Part shown: piece by piece, positions 47,921 through 60,086 of the stretch | Layout of the letters: each line of letters begins with the position of its first letter | Position numbering within the stretch: position 1 is the stretch's first letter | Assembly (NCBI RefSeq): GCF_018350175.1 | Contig: NC_058368.1 | Location: 178,562,001-178,626,000, forward strand | Source: Felis catus | Taxonomy: Eukaryota | DNA: 64,000 nt | Direction: 5' to 3' | Notes under the pieces: generated by a model | Database searches by the model: none | Told to the model about the DNA's origin: nothing | Seen by the model: the letters and a program-made list of their open reading frames with translations, nothing else | Position numbers and translations under genes: made by a program

Positions 47921-50900
47921 GGTTGTAAGCAACAGAACCCAATTCTGTGCATCCTGTGCAACAAGGTAAATGATTAGAAGGATACAGGGTATTCACATAT
48001 TTGTAAGGATGGTTTTAAGAAACCAGCTCGAACATGAACAAGCCAGAAAACTCTAGGGGGTCTCCACACCAGGGCACTGCAGGCTTTCTAAGGGTCCCAG
48101 CCCAAGTGGATGTGGGCTGTCACTCTCCTCCCTTACTCTCCTCTTCTCCTCCAGTGCTCCCTTCCCTTGCCCCACTCAGCCCCACCCAGCTGAGCTGTTG
48201 CCCCACGTCATGTCTCCCTACTTGAAAGGTGTGTTTAAGGGATTCAGTGACCCTGTGGCATCTACCCAGCATTATAATTGCCAAGGCTGTATTTTTTTTT
48301 AATAGAGAAAAACATAGGCATATCAAGATCCATTATTTTAGGAGAACTCAAATAGAGAATAATCTCTCTTTCATAGCCTAATACATATAGTTGGCATGAC
48401 CTGTTCTGCGTAAATATTAATTATTCACCTAATAAAATTTCCATCCTTGGAAACTGCATCTTTCAAAGGAAAGAATCTTAGTATCAGACAGGTCTGGTTT
48501 CAAATCCAAGACTCCACTTCTGATTATCTGTGAGGCCACAGGGAATCCGTTCTCCACGAGCCTTTCTCTGCAATCTGTAAAAGGGGTATATATCCTCTAG
48601 CTCCCTTTCCCAAAGAGCACTCAAAAGGACTGCTTTTGATTCTCGCATTCCTTTCCCCAAACACTTGAGATCTCATGGAAGAGTTGGATAGACATGGTGT
48701 GTGTTTTCTAGGTCTTCTTCTCCCCAAACCCCTAACCCACTCCTTCTAAGGGGCCCACTGTCTATTCCCATGCTCACGGGAAGGCTCTGACACTCACGTG
48801 AAGTAGGGTGCACAGGACTGACAAGGACCACAGGGTGACTCTCCTGGGACAGTGTATTGAAAGATGCATTCTGACTGAGTCAAAAATCTGGAAGGTCAGA
48901 TAGAAGCTGGTGGTCAGGGCCCTGATATTTCCAAGGCAGGTAATGCAGCCAACATCAGCAGCTCTGGAGCCACACGCACCAAGGCCACAGGTGAAGCAGG
49001 AAAATCCAGACCGCTAGTCAACAGCTAAGTGACTTGCTGAGACTGAAGGGACAAGTCAAAAAAGTAGAAGAATGAAAGGAAATCCACCCAGTCCTGAATT
49101 GGCATTCCTGATCCTCTGCGAATGTGAGAAAGTGAGTTTTGGTCTCTCAACATCTGTAAAATGGGAGCTTTGCCGTCTACTCATAGGACTTTTGTGAGGA
49201 TCAAAAGGGCTGCCTTTCCCCCAACTCTGCCCGTGGAGGGGGGCAACACCTTTTCTCTTTTATCGAGATGAGAAACCTGCCTTCCCCTCTCCTGCCCCTG
49301 CCCACATCCCACCCACCCTTGTGGGCACTCGGGGAGTTTCCCTTGGTGGCGGAACTATCTGGGGATAGGCTGCTGAGGTCAAAAAATAGGGCAGACGAAG
49401 AAGGGAGGCCTGACAGGAAGTCCAAATAAGCACTTCCTCCCACCCACTTTCAAATTTCTGAGGCACCTCAGTGAAAACAGCAGAGAAAGAGATAGAAAAG
49501 ATGAAAAAAAAAATACATGTGTTCTTTTTGAAAAGAATGAAATCGTCAGCTCTGAGGAAGTGGAAAAATATTGCTTCTCATTGTCTCACATGCAGCAGCT
49601 GATTCCTGCTTTCCTCACGCATCTCCCGGAACGGGGGAGGTGACGACAGTGTCCAGTGTGGGGTGGGAGGGAGGAGTCTGGAGGCTGTCAGGACAGAGCA
49701 CAGCAGGACCTGGAGGAGGGCTGCTGTGGGCTGGCGCCTGTCTCTCCCCACCTTTCCCACCCGGCAGCCTGCAGGAGCCCTGGGGAGCACGGCCTCTGTG
49801 CATCCCGGGCAGCTGCATGGCAGGCCCGTGCCTCCTGGGGCAGGATTCCGTGTCTTCGTGTGAGGTCACTGGGTGTGTGGAGCTGCCCTTCCCAGGGAAG
49901 CGGTCAGGGCCCCTTCCTGGCTTTCCTGCTCCACCCGCACAGCGCCCTGAGAATGCAGGGGGAAAGTGTCCCCTCCCCATGAAGGTGACAGCTGTAGTCT
50001 TGTTCCCCTTATGGGCAAACCCACCCAGGCTCTTAAGAAACTTCAATAGCAGTTCATGTTAGCCGTACCTCTCGTCAGGTGGCACTTGGAGCCATAAAAC
50101 TTTGGTGGAGGTGAAGCCATGTGAGGGCGTTGTATTCATTGCCCACTGTGCTTCGTGTGGTCATCCTCTCTGGGCCACGTGCTGCTACCCTTTTCTCTCT
50201 CCCCCAGCTGAGACCCTCTGCACAAATCGAATCCAAATAAGCACGTCCTCCTAGCCACCTTCTAATGTCTCAGGGGCCTCTCCTAGTCTCCTAGGGCCTC
50301 TCCCACCCTTCGCTCCGAAGTCCCTACTTTCCATTCTCTCCTGGTCTCCAATGACAGCTCCAGACCCCTGCCCCTGCTCTACATGCGGTGGCTGTGGCTC
50401 CCGAGTCTCTTCTAGAGAGTTTTCTGATCTTTCTCACCTCTAAAACTAGCTGTGAAGAAGACAGTTATCTCCTCACCTGATCCTGCTGTGGGTTAGTGGG
50501 AGAGAGGGGGGGCTTCAAGTCCAGATGGGGTGGGATGGGGCAGGGGGGATACTGGGGAGAACCCCCACTCCGGGTTGTGGTGTGACATTCATACGTCCGC
50601 TTTTTGTCTCTAAGGTCAGAAATCTGACACATCGCTCCCTACAAGTATTGCTTTCTCGTCCACAAGCTCATTGATCGCACGTTTGAAATTCCTACCCCGT
50701 GAGCCCCTGTTCCCCTGTACCAGCATGTCATCCTTTTTGTGCTGTGAGACCGTGTCCCCCCTTCCTGGTCTGGAGATAATATCGTAAAGCTTAAAAAGGC
50801 CTCTGCTAAACTTTCCATTTGTTCCCTCATGAGTCCTGAGTTTCTCCACCTGGTTGAGGGAGAGGGTGAGAGAGGGAAGAGGGCATTCCCACCCAGGTCA

Positions 50901-51696
50901 TGGCTTTAATCCCTGCACCTTATCTGCCCCTCTCTGCTCTGCTTCATGGTTGAAGCCAGGACTGATGTCCGTTAGAGGATCGGCATGAGCTGGCCTGGCC
51001 TTCACCACACTGTCCCCTCTGCCATGAGCTGTCCCCAGAGGCTGCTATGATGCCTGCCCATTTTACAGGCAAGGAGCCTGAGGCTGGGCCATGTGAGCCA
51101 GGCTGTACAGGATCACTGTGGTCTTCCTGGCATCCTGAGCCTCTCTCAGGCACTAACTGGCCCTGCCCCCCGAGCTTCTGGATACTTCGCCAGAAACAGG
51201 CGATGTGAAATTCGTGATTGTTGGGAAATCACCGAGGACTGAGAAAGAGGAAAGTCTTCAGGCCCGAGGCAAACTGCTTCCCCTCACGTCACCTGCTCTG
51301 GTCATGACCCAGCTGTCCTTGCGAGGAATGGGCTGTGGTCCTATACAGAGGGGTCACCAAAGGCCTACCTCCAAAAGGCAGTGGCTGGATCCTCTTTGTA
51401 ACTTGTCCAGATTGGCAACCTCCTTGCCCTCCTTCATGGAAAGGAGACTGATAGAGTAGGAAGGAGCACAGGCTCTGGAGACAGAGCTGAGTTTGAATCC
51501 CTACTCCACCTGGGCAGTCTGTGTAACATGTCAGAGCTTGGAGGTGGCAGAGAGGTGAAGACAGGGACTCTGGACCCAGAGAGGGTCCAGGTGAGATCTG
51601 GCTGCACAGCCTACTTGCTGGGTTTAAGGCAGCAAGTAGCTTTACCTCTCTGAGCCTCAGTTTTTCCTTCCGTAAAATAGAAGAGATAATAGTGCC

Positions 51697-51872
51697 GGGA
51701 TACCTGGGTGGCATCTGATTCTTGATCTCGGCTCAGGTCATAATCTCCCAGTTCATGAGATCAGGCCCCTTGTCAGATTCCCTCAGGATTCTTTCTCTCC
51801 CTCTCTCTCTCTCTCTGCCCCTCTGCTGCTCATGCTCTCTCTCTCTCAAAATAAATAAATAAGCATTAAAAA
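51697..51872 (+). mobile_element. Can-SINE (internally deleted) inserted into a MIR
   Basis: TSD aatagtgcc at 51688-51696 and 51873-51881; MIR core upstream (agcctcagtttttccttccgtaaaatag). Confidence 0.88.
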
Positions 51873-52759
51873 AATAGTGCCAACATTTAAACAAGACAGT
51901 GGCAAGTCCTTAGCCTACTCCCTGGCACATGAGAAGGACTCCACCTGCTTCAACTGTGATGATTCTTGTCGTCGTCATCCCTGTCGTCCATGTTTCTTAC
52001 CTGCTGTGGGTCTCTTCTAAGTGGGCTCCATGGATTGTCCATCTTGACCACATTTAGTGGATAGCTCTTTCAAAGGAGCCTAATGTTTAGCTATACCTAA
52101 TTCAATTTCTGTGTTTCTGTAGATATTTATTCTCCTGAGTGGGAGTGAAGTTTTTTGAAAACGCTTCTACTTGTAAGGATGATTTTAGAAATTCCTTTCC
52201 ACAGGTGCTGTGTGTTCTGTTTGCTCATGAAACATTGCTCCCTCTTCCAAGGCCCCGCTTAAATTCCAGCTAATTCCACGACATTCTTTACCCTATCTGA
52301 AAGTGATTTCTCTCTCTGTCTCTGTCTCTGTCTGTCTCTCTCTCTTCAAATAGTTTTTTGTCATTTGCCACTATTCCGGTGATTTGAAACACCAAGTGAT
52401 CTCTCCCACCAACACAGAACTTTTGAACAGCAGGGCTGTGCCCTGTAGAGCACAGTTCGTTGTTGAGAACTCTTAGATACCAGGCCCTGATGATTGATGC
52501 CCCCAGCACCCCTGGCACCACGTGTTATGGACCGCTTCCGCCTGGAATGAAATGTGGATCTCCTCCAAGCTCACAATGACCCGGAGAGCCTGGTGCAGTG
52601 ACAGTGGGGCTCCTTGATTGTGTATAAGATGGGAACTGTACACGGCCAAAGCTACCCTCGAAAAGGCTTCAAGAAGTTACCTCCTCAGGGACCAACACAG
52701 TGTCACCCAGTAAGTGAAACAGAGCTTGATCCTGTCCTCAAACATCAGAACTGATTGGC

Positions 52760-52796
<37 letters not shown>

Positions 52797-52803
52797 ATGT
52801 GTG
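52760..52803. repeat. (TG)n microsatellite about 1.2 kb upstream of the LCP2 ATG
   Basis: Uninterrupted TG run at about 52764-52795. Confidence 0.95.
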
Positions 52804-53659
52804 CATGGAGCATTAGCTGAAGTGGAGAACCTGTATTTAGAGACTAAATACAGAAATCTAAATGCAGAAATCTATTTGTTTTTATACACCAGATTCACCC
52901 CCTGCCAATGACATACACATACTATGAGAAGAGCACAGGGTCTGAGACCTGCTAAGAAAGCAGCAGATTCCCATGTCCTGTCACAGGGCCACTCCAGGGA
53001 ATGTACTCTTTGGGTAGAAGATACGGAGGAATCAATAGTGACTACAATCTGTGGTGGAAACAGTAGAGAATAAAATCTCTGGAAGCATCAGCAGCTATCA
53101 TTATCTTTTTGCTCTTAATTTTTTTTTCCTTAGTTACCCTTAATTAACCTTAGTTACCTGCATCTAATGTTTATGTGTATAGGAAACACTTTCTCTGTTT
53201 TCCTATTTTACGGATATGGAAGGCTGACGTTCCTAGATTGTTAAGTCCTAGTGTGAGTTGCACAGCGTGGGAACAATCACATCAGAAGTTAAGCCTGGTT
53301 GCCCGACTCACTCACCGAGAGTCCTCTAGTAACTGCAAGGAGGCGGCTGAAGGGATGTCAATGTTATCCTTTTCTCAGAAGCTCAGGGATGGTCAGAAAG
53401 CATCAAAAAGCCATGCTCCTTCCCTAGGCAGTTTGCCTTTGTGGGAGATTATCTACATTTTAGGCCAACCGTCAAAATAGATTTTCATCTGCAAAGACCC
53501 AGCCACGCAGGACTGCGGTATAAACATCTGAGGGCCAGGAGTTTTAATGGAAACACGCTTGGACTCACAGGAGTCTAAGAGCCTTTCACCATCCCTCCCA
53601 CAGGGCTGGAGTGGCCAGGACCAGGGCGAGATGACCAACCTTGTCGCTCTCTACCTCTC

Positions 53660-53952
53660 CAGCCACCAGAGCTAAGCTTCCTTGTTTACTTATTTAGAGC
53701 CTAGCAGAGGAAGTGGTAAAGGAAACTTGCTGAGTCGTTTTCTGAGAAGAGACCATATTTGTTCGCAGAGGAAGCCGTTGCTCTCTGGGATCTGGTTACA
53801 GCAGAAAAGACGTCTGTTCCAACAAGGGTGTTCCAGACGGTAACTGGAAGTTGGAAGAGCCAAGGACACCTCCACGCTCTAGATTTGGGATTCTCTGTCC
53901 ATGGGTGCAGCACTCATGCTCAGCTTGTGACTTTTGTCCTGGGAGAGCAGCC
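53660..53952 (+). promoter_or_regulatory. LCP2: LCP2 proximal promoter and 5' UTR (ETS/PU.1 type, no canonical TATA seen)
   Basis: AGAGGAAGTG (PU.1/ETS) 53706-53715, GGAAA 53721-53725, CAGAGGAAGC 53766-53775, forkhead-type TTGTTTAC 53682-53689, directly upstream of the LCP2 ATG. Confidence 0.7.
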
Positions 53953-54030
53953 ATGGCATTGAGGAATGTGCCCTTTCGCTCAGACGTCCTGGCCTGGGAC
54001 CCCGACAACCTTGCAGACTACTTCAGGAAG
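53953..54030 (+). CDS. LCP2: LCP2 (SLP-76) coding exon 1, 26 codons, start of the SAM domain
   Basis: gcagccATGG Kozak; MALRNVPFRSDVLAWDPDNLADYFRK matches the SLP-76 N-terminus; consensus donor AAG|gtgagt at 54031; phase 0. Confidence 0.97.
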
Positions 54031-54504
54031 GTGAGTCTTGCCGTTTTGTTGGTGGTGAGGCTGGCTGCCCTTGGCGGGCTGGGCAGAGCTTGAAAAAGGA
54101 GCTAGAACATGAGAGGGACAAAATATAGCAGAAGAACTTGCAACCCCGCGGCAGCCTTCCAAGTTGAGCAGGTGCTATGTAGATGCACACACACCACTGA
54201 GTGTTCCTGGCAATGAGTTCTGGGGAGAAGGGGGGCCCTCAGATGGAAGTGTACTTACTAAGCACCAGCACTCATGTTTGTGCTCTGTAGGCACTGTCCC
54301 ATTTAACACTCCCCAGTACTGCTATCCTCTTTTCTCAGCTGCAAAATAGGCTCTGGGAGGTTAGATAACCCAAAGCCCCAGGGACTGCATGTGACAGGTA
54401 GGATTTCAGTCACACCTGCCTGGCTTCAGCATCCATGTTCGATACTCAGAACGACTGTAACCACTAATGAGATCAAGGCTGCTTACTAGAAAGGGGTGAG
54501 TGGA

Positions 54505-54753
54505 GGGGCGCCTGGGTGGCTCAGTTGGTTAAGCGTCTGACTTCAGCTCAGGTCACTATCTCATGGTCTGTGAGTTCCAGCCCCACATCAGGCTCTGTGC
54601 TGATGGCTTGAAGCCTGGATCTTGCTTTGGATTCTGTGTCTCCCTCTCTCTCTGCCCTTCTCCCACTTGTGTTCTGTCTCTCTGTCTGTCTCTCTCTCTC
54701 TCTCTCAAAAATAAAACAAAAACATTTAAAAAATCTTTAAAGAAAAAAGAAAA
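54505..54753 (+). mobile_element. Can-SINE in LCP2 intron 1
   Basis: 17-bp TSD agaaaggggtgagtgga at 54488-54504 and 54754-54770. Confidence 0.95.
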
Positions 54754-56195
54754 AGAAAGGGGTGAGTGGAGCCCCGAGCCTGGGAGAAAGAAACAGCAGG
54801 GCAGGAGAATGGATGAGGCAAGGATGTGCAATGCCAGAGAGGGTGTCTGGACAGTCATTGCTCATGACCTGAAAGAGGGCTCCTCACACCCTTACAGAGA
54901 ACAGAGTCCCTTTGGAGCTTTAGGAGGGTCTTGTGAAGCAGGTGGAAAAACTGCTATGAGCTCCAGGTTGTGATTGCTTGAGAGAGCTGGGGAAACTGAG
55001 GCCCCTGAGAGGGAGAGTTTTGCCAGCAGGGTCAAAGGCCAAGCTTGCGGCAGACCTGGGACTTGAGTGTTGCTGTCCTGCCTTCCAGCCCTGGACCCCT
55101 GTGCTTGGTCATCTGCGGGGGGGCGAGCGGGTCAGACATCTGCTGGCGCAGACCCTAAGCCACACGACTCGGGGACCTCTACCCCTGTTCAAGGGATAAG
55201 AAGTCTTGTAAGGGACGTCTGAGCTTCTAATACCCCTGTCCCTGGAGGCTGGGATGGAGTTCAGTTGACCCTCCAGATGGTCGTAAAGATGAGACTTTAA
55301 AGTCAAGACTTTAGAGGTCATATAAGCCAACCTCTCTTTTTCCTGAGGGATGGAATGGAGCTCCCAGGACCCACAGACACATGAAGCTTATATAGTAGCT
55401 AACTGTTCTTCCTCAACCTAAAGAATAAAGATATGAAGATACCAGGCATGGTGGGATAGATCCTGTTACTTGCTGTTTTGTTCTTTTCTCCAAAAGGTCA
55501 CAGTAAACTTAGGTGTTCAGCACTGTGGGTGCAAAGATGATTGGGACAACTGACTTTTGAAGGATTTTTCTAAACGTCTTTCTTAAATGTAGAACAAATA
55601 CATTGGGGCAGGCAGATAAAATCTGCCAAGATGCTATAAAGTCGCATGTTAGCTCAGTCGAAGACAGGAGACAATAATTGAGAATTAGTGAGAGGATCCT
55701 GGAAATAGACCGAGATGCATGGACAGGCCCCGTCTTCAGTGTGAGGAGAAATATATAACCCGGTTGGGCAACAGCGGAATCCATGGGCAAATCTTCCCTT
55801 AGGGCAGGGAGATGGATTACAGGTCAGGGGTGATTTGGGAAGATGGCCGTCTGCCTGAGCTAGGGCACGAGAGAGGCTCTTTCTTGGAGACCCCAGACCT
55901 GGGATGTGTCTGCAGCACTGGGACAGGTTCCTTCTCCTGACATAAAACAAAAAGCAAAAACTGATGGTGGGAATCTGTGATCCAGGAAGTCCCAGCCCCC
56001 CACGGACTCAGATGGACACCCTTCAAATCCTGAGCATCTCAGTTCCCCCCAGAGAGAAAATATTGAGTGAACTGACCATGGAGTCATTTGGGGAAGGGTC
56101 TTCGTCATCAGATATCCTGTTCAAAGGATTGATGAGCAGTGCAATTTCTAATGAAGCAGGGGGGCTAGGACCCCATTGGAGACACCTCCCAGCCA

Positions 56196-56390
56196 GCTCT
56201 GGAGTCAGACAGTTTGGTTTGAATCCTGGTTCTACCACCTGCTAGCTTGGTGACCTTCCTTTAGTAACTTCACCTGTCTGTGTCTCAGCTTTCTCATCAG
56301 TAAAATAGAGATACTAACAATAACTACCCTCATGGGATTGTTGAAAGAATGAAAGGAAATACAGCGTGTGAAGCACTCAACAGTGCTTGA
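56196..56390 (+). mobile_element. MIR
   Basis: ctctggagtcagacagtttggtttgaatcctggttctaccacc...tctcagctttctcatcagtaaaatag core. Confidence 0.8.
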
Positions 56391-57987
56391 TTGAGGGGTC
56401 AATTCATGTTTGATATTCCCTTTTTTCCTGCTCTGTTTACTGGACCCTAGCTGGGGAGGCCCATGCAGATTGGCAGGCCTTTGTGTCTTACTGTCTTAGC
56501 TATGTGTAGCTCATCCTTTGTCTGGAATATAGGCTCCTGAGGACAGAGGTCATGTTTTGGATTTCTTGAACCCCTCCAATTTTTTTTGAATTGGCAGGAA
56601 AGCACCCCTTGGCAATGCAGTGGCTCAGAGCCATGAGTTCTAATCCCAGCTGAGTCCCCAACACACTGTGGGACCTTAGGCCAATCCCTTCCCCTCTCTG
56701 GGCCTCAGTTGTCCCATCTACAACACGAGGTACCTGCTCTAGACCACTGTCTACCGAAGCTAGGTGCTCATAAGAATCCTCTGAGTGCCTGCTAACAATA
56801 CAGATCCTAGCTCCCAAGCCCAGATATTAACAGATCAGAATCAAACTTCTAGGGAGGCCTAGTCTTCAGAGCTGTCTGTCTACATAGAGCCAAAGTCAGC
56901 GGACTGCAAAATCAGAGCTTATCTGGTAATAACGACAGCAAAAATGATAAAATAAAGGCAGTCAAATACTATAAGAACTACTCCTTCCCCTCTGCGTGAA
57001 AATAGAAAGGATGTTCAGGATGCCTCAGATGCTGCCTGTGTTCCACATTGACCTCTAAATCAGCTTTTTCTGAGCTTTCTAACATTTACCCCACCCTTTC
57101 AAGCCAAGAGGCTACAAAAATTATATTCACTTTTTAGATTGGTTGACCATTAAAAAAAAAGACCATGATTTGCCCCCAAAAGAAGGCTGCCACAAATTGT
57201 GAGCCTTGCACTTGTGTTGAGAACAGAAGATTCTCCAGGGCAAACATTTAACCTTAAATACTCCAGACCGAAATGTCACATTTGGAGATACTTCAAATGC
57301 AAATTCTTATGCTGTCGAAGACAAGGTGAAACAGAAAACTGATAAGATTGTCAATTAATGTGACTTTTGGGGAAAGCAACCAAGATAATTCCTGTTGATC
57401 TTAGAGCTCTATTCTGAGAATCCAGCTTAATCTATCTTAAACAGAGGTGTGCAAAATGATATCCATGATCGTCTACAGTTTGATCTAGATGGTGTTTTAA
57501 GATACACTTAAATGTATTCACTGGCTATAAGTTATACTGTTACTAACAAAAAGGAGAACATTCCTAACAGAGACATTAAAGCCTTGTTCTGAAGCCCAGT
57601 TGTCCCCTCTGCCACCTGCTACCCATGGATCTCATGCAAGTTACTTAAGTGTCTTCACCTTTGACTCTCCATCTGGAAGATGTGAGGGTTAAAGACTTAA
57701 GACTGGTTTAAATACATAGAAGAGTGCCTGCCCTATAGCAAGCATTCAATAATTATCAGCAGTTTCTAGTACCATTATTGGAACAGCAGTCTGGTAAGCA
57801 ACCTAAATGATCAGCAATACGGTAGCAATTTAATAAAATAATTGTTTAAAAGAAGTTTGCAAGAACATGAAGCAGTGCCTATATTATCACTTTAAGGTAA
57901 ATTTAAGAGAAAAAAACAGGATAATAAGATTAAGTATGAATTATAACCTCAGTTATATTTAGAAATATGCTTAGAATTAAGCATTGT

Positions 57988-58113
57988 GGGGTGCCTGGGG
58001 AGCTCAGTGGGTTAAGCTTCTGACTCTTGATTTAGGCTCAGGTCATGATCTCACGGTCCATGAGCTCAAGCCCTGCATCAGGCTCTGCGCTGCTAGTGTG
58101 GAGCCTGCTTGGG

Positions 58114-58158
<45 letters not shown>

Positions 58159-58190
58159 ATTAAACAAATAAATAAACATTTTAAAACAGA
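57988..58190 (+). mobile_element. Can-SINE (older type) in LCP2 intron 1
   Basis: ggggtgcctggggagctcagtgggtt head, long (CT)n, A-rich tail. Confidence 0.9.
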
Positions 58191-58590
58191 ACAAAGCATA
58201 GTAGGAAGCACGTTGCGACATTTGCCAAGGTTGCCTTTGGGTGGCAAGACAATGGATGCTATTTATGCACTTTCTGACCTCTTCTCTACCTGCCTGAGGG
58301 ACATGTGGCCACAGCCCGTATAGGCTTGAGGTCACTCCTTTTCTGTAGGGATTGGCCCCCAAACCTTAGACTGAGGCAATTTCTCCATTTCAGAGAGTCC
58401 CAAGGGGCAAGTGAAAGCAGGGTTGAGGTAAGGATGGGGCCCCTCTGTTCGATCATGGGGGGAAGGGTGGGAAGGGGGTCTGGCTAGCCACAAGTACCAC
58501 AAATTGCTAAGCTTCAGGGGCAGGCAAACAAGGGGAATCAATGGCATACACCTGCCTGCTGCTGATAGCACTCTCCTCTCCTCTTTGCAG

Positions 58591-58653
58591 CTGAACTACA
58601 AGGACTGTGAAAAGGCAGTGAAAAAGCACCACATCGACGGGCAGCGGTTTTTG
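58591..58653 (+). CDS. LCP2: LCP2 coding exon 2, 63 nt (SAM domain)
   Basis: Polypyrimidine tract ctctcctctcctctttgcag acceptor; LNYKDCEKAVKKHHIDGQRFL continues exon 1 in frame; donor TTG|gtaagt at 58654. Confidence 0.96.
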
Positions 58654-60086
58654 GTAAGTGCTGGCCGGTTTGACACATTGGGACCAAAGCTGTTCCACAC
58701 TTTAACCAATTATGGCAGGGCCAGCCGGTCTACCCTGTTCCTGGGGATGCCCAGAGTCAATGCCTGTCTTCAGGACCCCTACACAGCCCTTTGCCTTCTT
58801 CTGAGGTTTTATATGACCCTTGCTGTCATCACTTCTTGGGATCCTGTTATTCAGGATACCTCCCAGTCTTTCACTGATACCAAGGTACATTCTACAGTCA
58901 AAGTAGAAGGAGGAATCCAAGTATAGCCCCCCTCCCCCCAGTCTTGAAAATCTATTCAAATGCCGTCCATACTTAGACAAGTCTAAGAGGGAAAAAGACC
59001 ACATGGGAGAACGGAAGATTCTTTTTTCCCGTCTCTCATTCCGGAGTACATACGTACTGAGTGGAATAAAGTGTGGAATCACCCTCATTATTTCATTCCA
59101 TCCCTCTTTCTCTCTACCAAATGCACATAGTTGGGTTTTTGCCAATTAAACACACATGTGATACGGCTCTCTCTACTCCACTGTGTTGCAAAGAGCTTTA
59201 AGGGTAAGACTAAGATGCAGCTCTACATGAGCAACGAAGCCATTAAATAGAAAGGGATGCACCTCTGACAAGTAGCGAGTTGCCGGAAGGTGGTCTGAGC
59301 ATTTCTCTTGAAATAGCACCTTTGTCTATAGGCAAGATAGACCCGACTGGACCAATCCAGCCTTTCCCATCTCATGTTTCCTCACCCTTCAAAAAGAAGC
59401 GGGAACGAGACGTCAAAGGTCTCATGGGTAGATGGTCCCAATTTGGATTTGGAGTGAGGGGGGCAGGGTAAGTTGTGTTTCCTCGCAAGGCGTGGTCAGT
59501 AGCAGTGAGGGGACTGGGCCATGAGACTTCAGGGTTAGAAGGGGCCAGAGAGGTCACGTGCTCTGGCTTTCCACTCAGCACTCCAATCCGTTTCCTATAT
59601 TGCCTCCCTGCCACTAACATCTGCTTGAATTCTTTTAGTGATGGTGAGCTCACTACTACGCATGGTCATCTGCCCTTTCTAGGCAGCTCTTAAGTTTCAT
59701 GCAGAGACCAAACTGTGCCCTGTTGGTCTGAGTTTTGCTTTCATATGCCATGTAAGACATGTTTATGCACTGCTTCACCTAAATCATGCATGCATTCACC
59801 CACTCATTCACTTCACAAGCATTTTCTTGGGTTCCCTTTACATACTGGACCATGCCACGTTCTGAGAATATAGAGGTGGCTAAGATGTGATTTCTGCTTT
59901 CCAGAAGCTGGTTTTACAGCAAAAAAGTATCTTTTGGAAGGCTCTAACCACCCCCTTTGCAACTGAGGAAACATGTACAGAGGTGTGATGTGAATGTGTA
60001 CAGAGGTGTGATGTGAATTTTCTAAGTCACGTACCTAGTAATTGGACTAAAGTACACATTTAATTTACTCTAACATTACATGAGAG

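Noticed and set aside
50070..50088. CTCF-like tcgtcaggtggcact (and cagggggcg near 37774)
   Set aside because: Mismatches in the 5' core; not supportable without a PWM score or ChIP data.
50616..50849. 77-aa minus ORF with protein-like composition (possible pseudogene fragment)
   Set aside because: Not recognisable as any protein, no poly(A) or TSD seen; would need BLAST support.
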